Shown here: piece by piece, positions 24,948 to 29,641 of the stretch
Position numbering within the stretch: the first letter of the stretch is position 1
How the letters are laid out: each line of letters begins with the position of its first letter
Assembly (NCBI GenBank): GCA_040005235.1
Contig: JBDTZG010000060.1
Coordinates: 1 to 29,641, forward strand
Direction of reading: 5' to 3'
DNA length: 29,641 nucleotides
Source: Acidobacteriota bacterium
GTDB lineage: Bacteria; Acidobacteriota; Thermoanaerobaculia; Multivoradales; UBA5704
Translations under genes and position numbers: made by a program
Notes under the pieces: model-generated
Databases searched by the model: none
What the model saw: the letters and a program-made list of their open reading frames with translations, nothing else
Told to the model about the DNA's origin: nothing

Positions 24948-26795
24948 ATGCCACGCACACAAGACTGCGACGTCCTGATCCTTGGAGCCGGCCTCGCCGG
25001 ACTCTCGCTCGCACGCCAGCTGCTGCTAGGCGGGGTCGAATCGGTCCTGCTGCTCGACCGCCGCGAGATCCCGCCGAAGAAGCAGAAGGTGGGCGAGGCG
25101 ACGGTGCAGATGAGCGGCTATTACTACTCGCGGGTGCTGGAGATGGAGGAGCACCTGCTGCGGAAGCACTACTTGAAGTACAACCTCCGCTTCTGGTGGA
25201 AGACGCCCGGCTTCGAGGATCGCGCTGAAGGGTACAGCCAGTCCTACCTGCGCCAGATCTCGAACATCGCGACCTATCAGCTCGACCGCAACGTGTTCGA
25301 AGAAGGGCTGCACGAAGCCTGCTCGGCCGATCCCCGCTTTTCGTTCGCGGCGCCGATCTCGTCGCTCGAAGTGGATCTGAACAACGCGACCGAGATTGCC
25401 GACGGACGCCACGCCTACCGCTTCGTCGATGCCGCGGGCGAGGCGGTCGAGGGGACCGCACGCTGGGTGGCCGATACCTCCGGCCGCTGGCGCTTCTTGG
25501 CGAAGAAGCTTGGCCTGATGACCGAGAGCCCGATCCGCCACGGTACTTCGTTCGTCTGGGTGGAAGGGTTGCTCGACGCCGAGAAACTGACCGACCTCTC
25601 CGAGCCTGAGATCCGCAAGCGGCCCGACCGCCGGCAGACCGGCCACATGCCGTTCTTCCTTGCGACCAACCACTTCTGCGGCGACGGCTACTGGTTCTGG
25701 ACGATTCCGCTCCACGGGAAGACCAGCCTCGGCTTGGTCTACGACGTCGAAAAAGTCGATCGCAAAGAGGTCAACACCGCGGAGAAGCTGATCGACTGGG
25801 TCTGCCGGACGTTTCCGGCGTTCGCCCGCGACCTGCCGCACAGGAAGCACTTCGACCATTCCGGTTTCGTCAGCTTCGCCCATGACGTCAAGCAGATGAT
25901 CTCTCCCGATCGCTGGGCGCTCGCGGGCGAAGCGGGACGTTTCTCCGATCCGCTCTACAGCCCGGGCGGCGATTTGATCTCCACCCACAACACGCTGATC
26001 ACGGACGCGATCTTGCGGACGCCGACCCAGGAGCTGTTGACCACCAAGGCGCGCCTCTACGAAACGCTCGCCCGCGCGATCTATGACGGGTACGTGCCGA
26101 GCTTCGCCGTTTCGTACAACACGCTCGGCGACCAGGAGGCATTCTCGCTCCGCTATTCGTGGGAGCTGGCGATCTACTTCTTCTTCTACGTCTTTCCGTT
26201 CATCAACGACCTGTTCACCAACTTGACGTTCCTGCCGATGTATCTGCGGCGGTTCTCGAAGTTGGGGCCGATGAATTCGTCGCTGCAACGGTTCCTCGCC
26301 GATTTCCAGCGCTGGAAGCTCGGGGCGAACCTGCCGCCGCCTTCGGCCCCGGTGTTCTTCGAGTTCTCGACCATCGGGCCGCTCAAGGAGTCGCAGGAGT
26401 ATTTCTACGAGATCGGCGTCAACCCGATCGAGGCGCGCGACCTGCTCGACCGGGCGCTCTCCCGGCTCGACATTCAATCGCGCCACGCCGTCGCCCAGGT
26501 CGCCTCGACGGTGCTCGGTATCGAAGACGTGCTCAAGAGCAAGGCGTTCGCCGAGCGGGTCGACGTCAACAACCTCCGCTTCGACGTGGACGAGCTGGCG
26601 CAACTCTGGGAAGAAACGAAGGACATCCCCGGCGAGATGGATTGGGGGTTCTGCCCGATGGCGCTGCGCCGCGCGCTGGGGCCGCCGGTGCCGCTCGACC
26701 AGCGGCAGCCGAAGTCGGATCCTATTGACGCCATGGAGGCCATGACGGCCAGCCCAGCACTCGAAGAACGCGCGGCGGAGCTTTCCGTCGCGTGA
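24948..26795 (+). CDS. Flavin-dependent halogenase family protein
   Basis: GAGLAG FAD motif, KVGEAT, Lys in YLKYNLRF, WFWTIP (WxWxIP), GEAGRFSDPLYSPG; AGGAGG RBS. Confidence 0.8.
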   Translation: MPRTQDCDVLILGAGLAGLSLARQLLLGGVESVLLLDRREIPPKKQKVGEATVQMSGYYYSRVLEMEEHLLRKHYLKYNLRFWWKTPGFEDRAEGYSQSYLRQISNIATYQLDRNVFEEGLHEACSADPRFSFAAPISSLEVDLNNATEIADGRHAYRFVDAAGEAVEGTARWVADTSGRWRFLAKKLGLMTESPIRHGTSFVWVEGLLDAEKLTDLSEPEIRKRPDRRQTGHMPFFLATNHFCGDGYWFWTIPLHGKTSLGLVYDVEKVDRKEVNTAEKLIDWVCRTFPAFARDLPHRKHFDHSGFVSFAHDVKQMISPDRWALAGEAGRFSDPLYSPGGDLISTHNTLITDAILRTPTQELLTTKARLYETLARAIYDGYVPSFAVSYNTLGDQEAFSLRYSWELAIYFFFYVFPFINDLFTNLTFLPMYLRRFSKLGPMNSSLQRFLADFQRWKLGANLPPPSAPVFFEFSTIGPLKESQEYFYEIGVNPIEARDLLDRALSRLDIQSRHAVAQVASTVLGIEDVLKSKAFAERVDVNNLRFDVDELAQLWEETKDIPGEMDWGFCPMALRRALGPPVPLDQRQPKSDPIDAMEAMTASPALEERAAELSVA

Positions 26796-26808
26796 GCGGG
26801 GGACCGCG

Positions 26809-28248
26809 ATGACTTTCGCGCCGGGGCTCGAACAAGCGTTCGCGACCGACCCGGGAGAGCTGGCCGGGGTGCCGCTCGAAGTCGAGGGCGACCTTCCCGG
26901 TTACCTCCAGGGCACCTGGATCGCGAACGGCCCGGCGAGCTTCGGTCGCGGCGATTTCCGTTATCGCCATTGGCTCGACGGCGACGGCCGCGTGATCGCC
27001 GTCCGCTTTCCCGGCCAGGGCCGCGCACCGATCGCCACCGCGCGCTACGTCGGCACCGCGAAGCGGCTGGAAGAAGAGAAGGAAGGCCGGGCGCTCTACC
27101 GGGCGTTCGGCACCGCGTTTGCCGGCGACCGGTTGATCCGCGGCGTGGCGCTCGCCTCGCCCGCGAACGTCAGCATCGTCCCCTGGCAGGGGCGCCTGAT
27201 CGCGAGCGGAGAGCAGGGTTTGCCCTACGACCTCGATCCCGCAACCCTCGAAACCCGCGGCGAGTACACGTTCGGCGGCAAGCTCAACCCGCTCTCCCCC
27301 CTCGCCGCGCATCCGAAGCTCGACCCCAACACGGGAGAGCTGATCCACTTCGGCGCCTCGTTCGCCGGAGCGCAACCGAGCGTCACCCTCTACCGTTTCG
27401 CCCCGGACGGGGCGCTCGCGCTCCGGCGCCGGATTCCGCTCGACCGCCCGGCGGTGCTCCACGATTTCGCGGTCTCCGACCGGTTCTGCATCTTCCACCT
27501 GTCGCCGTATGTGATCGAAGTCGGCCCGCTCTTGTCCGAAGGCAAGTCGCTGTTCGAATGCCTGGTCTGGCGCGAAGAGCTGGGCAGTCGTCTGGTGGTG
27601 GTCGAGCGCGAGACGGGCGAGGAAGTGGTGACGATCCCGCTCGGCGGCGGCCACTGCCTGCATCTCGCAAACGCCTGGGATCGCGTCGAAGAGGGCAGCG
27701 ATCGGCTGACTCTGGATCTGCTGGAGCTCGACCAGCCGGCTTACGAGCAGTATCAGCCGCTCCCCGAGCTGTTCGACACCGCACCGCCCGGTCGCCTGGT
27801 GCGCCTGGAGATCGACCTCGGCTGGGGGACGGTCGTCTCGCGCCAAACCTGCGCCTACGAAGAATCCCCCGATTTTCCCGCCATCGATCCCCGCCGCTTC
27901 GCGCGACCGATCGACGACGTCTGGATGCTCGGCATCTCTCATACCGGAAAAAGGGGACCGAAGTTCTTCGACCGCATCGTCCACCTCGACTGGAATCGAA
28001 GCGAAGGACCCCACGATCTATGGATCGCCCCTCCGAGCATCTACCCCTCCGCCGAGCCGGTGATCGTTCCCGATCCCGAGCGAGAGACGGGGGGAGTGTT
28101 GCTCTGCCCTTTGTACGACGCCGAGCGGGAGGCGACCGAATTGGTGGTCTTCGACGCCTGGAATTTGGTCGCAGGACCAAGTGCGCGAATTAAATTTCCC
28201 GCGCCGCAACACCTATGCTTTCACGCGACGTTCGTCCCGACGGAGTAG
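26809..28248 (+). CDS. Carotenoid oxygenase (RPE65/CCD/lignostilbene dioxygenase) family protein
   Basis: VEG.LP..L.GT...NGP, HWLDGDG, four candidate Fe-binding His (AHPK, LHDF, HLAN, FHATF), DFP.ID, EP..VP. Confidence 0.9.
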   Translation: MTFAPGLEQAFATDPGELAGVPLEVEGDLPGYLQGTWIANGPASFGRGDFRYRHWLDGDGRVIAVRFPGQGRAPIATARYVGTAKRLEEEKEGRALYRAFGTAFAGDRLIRGVALASPANVSIVPWQGRLIASGEQGLPYDLDPATLETRGEYTFGGKLNPLSPLAAHPKLDPNTGELIHFGASFAGAQPSVTLYRFAPDGALALRRRIPLDRPAVLHDFAVSDRFCIFHLSPYVIEVGPLLSEGKSLFECLVWREELGSRLVVVERETGEEVVTIPLGGGHCLHLANAWDRVEEGSDRLTLDLLELDQPAYEQYQPLPELFDTAPPGRLVRLEIDLGWGTVVSRQTCAYEESPDFPAIDPRRFARPIDDVWMLGISHTGKRGPKFFDRIVHLDWNRSEGPHDLWIAPPSIYPSAEPVIVPDPERETGGVLLCPLYDAEREATELVVFDAWNLVAGPSARIKFPAPQHLCFHATFVPTE

Positions 28249-28783
28249 GGTTGGCCTGATTGGGCGGAGGGTTCCTCGCAGGAAGCGGGGCGGCTTGAGC
28301 TTGGGGGAGTTCGGCAACCCGGGCTGCAAGGTATTTCTTGCCCCGCTCGACGGAGTCGAATAGAGCTTGCGCGTAAACATGCCTGCGCGACTCGAGATAG
28401 CCCTGTAACACAGGACTCCTCTCGTATCTATCGGCGATGGCTTTGTCCCAACACTCCATCGATTCTTTAGGTAAATTCTCGCCCTGTAACGAGACATGTT
28501 CGTATAGATCGCCGAACATCTCGCAGGCTAGCATCACTTGATCAAAGTTGGGGTCGCCATCACTGAGAGTTTTTCCATCGTAGAGATACTCCCTGATCTT
28601 TGGATTGTCGAACATCAAACGAATAGTCTCCAACGAATGGGAGAAAATGTTTGTATGGGCGCCGGCCCTGGTGTCCTTGTTGATTTGCCGGATTTGGTAG
28701 GAGACGAAGAAAAATCCAGCAATTGCCACGAAGACTCCCGCTACCGAGGAAGCGGCTTGCACCTGATCGGGCCACGATGTCAT
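28190..28783 (-). CDS. Hypothetical protein with N-terminal TM helix, lower GC than neighbours
   Basis: AGGAG RBS; TM segment followed by YQIRQ and a helical domain; AT-richer codons; tail overlaps the oxygenase 3' end. Confidence 0.7.
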   Translation of the reverse strand: MTSWPDQVQAASSVAGVFVAIAGFFFVSYQIRQINKDTRAGAHTNIFSHSLETIRLMFDNPKIREYLYDGKTLSDGDPNFDQVMLACEMFGDLYEHVSLQGENLPKESMECWDKAIADRYERSPVLQGYLESRRHVYAQALFDSVERGKKYLAARVAELPQAQAAPLPARNPPPNQANPTPSGRTSRESIGVAAREI

Positions 28784-29039
28784 GACTTCACTCCTGAGAG
28801 TTGTTCACACTCTAACGAAGCAGATGTATTCGCGTCAACACGGTGCACCTGTGCGCGCTACGGCTTCTATTCTCTGAGCCTGCGGCTGCTCGTTGCATGA
28901 TCGTCAGGGACTTCGGAATGCCCGGCCGGATTACACCTACAAGGTCGCTAACGACGAGGCTGGGGAGCTGCTGGCGGAGCTTGGGTAGATCGGGACGCCA
29001 GCGCAAAACCCGCGGCGGCAGGACCTCGTCGGGAGCCCC

Positions 29040-29641
29040 GCGAGCGGTTGAAACCGCTCGCTACGTTACGACGTCCCTGGCGGGACGTGCCTGGCACATT
29101 GCTCAATCCTCCGACTCGGCCTCGTCGAAGGAGATGCCGTGTTTCGACAGGAGGTCTCGGCGTTCGGTCTGGAAGGTTGAGCTGCGATGGTGCCGCTCTT
29201 GATTCAGGACATAGGTCCGGACTCGCTCCAGCACCGAGGTGCTGACTGAGAACGCGGCGTACCCCTCCTGCCAGGCGAAATGATCCGGGATCCTCCTGGC
29301 CTCGTTGATCCAGCGCGAAGAGCTTCCCTTGATTGCCTTCACCACAGCCGCGACCGAAGGGTGCGGTCGCAGATCGACCAACAGATGAACGTGGTCGGGC
29401 ATGCCGCCGATCGCGAGAAGTAGTCCACCCTGGTCGCCCACCACGCCTCCGACAAACGGGTACAGCTCGCGAGCCAGCTCAGGGCGGATCCAAGGTGTGC
29501 GGTGCTTGGTGGCGAAAACGATATGGAAACAGAGCCGCGCATAAGTTCTCGGCATGCACCCAATCCTCTCGATCTCTCGACGAACCTAACATCTCGTCCC
29601 GCCAGGGACGACGTAACATAGCGAGGGTTTTCAAACCCTCG
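29040..29641. mobile_element. IS200/RAYT-like element: Y1 transposase between inverted double-hairpin ends (family A)
   Basis: Left end 29040-29088 and right end 29596-29641 are approximate reverse complements, each with two hairpins; the right end reaches the window edge. Confidence 0.85.
29103..29555 (-). CDS. tnpA: IS200/IS605-family HUH (Y1) transposase
   Basis: HIVFATKHR, PDHVHLL (HUH), IKGSSSRW, F.WQEGY.AFSVS, YVLNQ (catalytic Tyr). Confidence 0.95.
   Translation of the reverse strand: MPRTYARLCFHIVFATKHRTPWIRPELARELYPFVGGVVGDQGGLLLAIGGMPDHVHLLVDLRPHPSVAAVVKAIKGSSSRWINEARRIPDHFAWQEGYAAFSVSTSVLERVRTYVLNQERHHRSSTFQTERRDLLSKHGISFDEAESED

Noticed and set aside
25026-28180. Long antisense ORFs over the halogenase and oxygenase genes
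   Set aside because: Shadow ORFs; the plus-strand proteins carry the family motifs.
28800-29100. tnpB or guide RNA downstream of tnpA
   Set aside because: No RuvC or zinc-finger ORF is present, and the hairpin end follows the tnpA stop almost immediately.

Overview
High-GC bacterial window, probably Acidobacteriota-like (inferred from gene content only). Core content is the 3' part of a molybdopterin oxidoreductase / 4Fe-4S ferredoxin / Tat-type Rieske / small membrane protein operon, a secreted protein of unknown function, and a minus-strand complex I operon nuoA-E-F-G-H-J-K-L-M-N followed by rex. That operon lacks the whole quinone module (nuoB, C, D, I) and has a Rex-box-like site upstream of nuoA. 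A compact candidate biosynthetic cluster encodes a DMT transporter, ACP, active ketosynthase, inactive KS/chain-length factor, flavin-dependent halogenase and carotenoid-cleavage-type oxygenase. Accessory material sits in the gaps: a ParE-type toxin-antitoxin pair, gene fragments, a nuclease-STAND NTPase-TPR (NLR/Avs-like) gene, a frameshifted YgiT zinc-finger gene, a 20-bp periodic array that switches orientation, and a lower-GC orphan gene. An HUH (Y1) transposase is flanked by inverted REP-like hairpins and has a non-autonomous derivative 24 kb away. Three distinct REP/REPIN-like families mark most accessory junctions. All calls come from reading motifs by eye; no searches were run.
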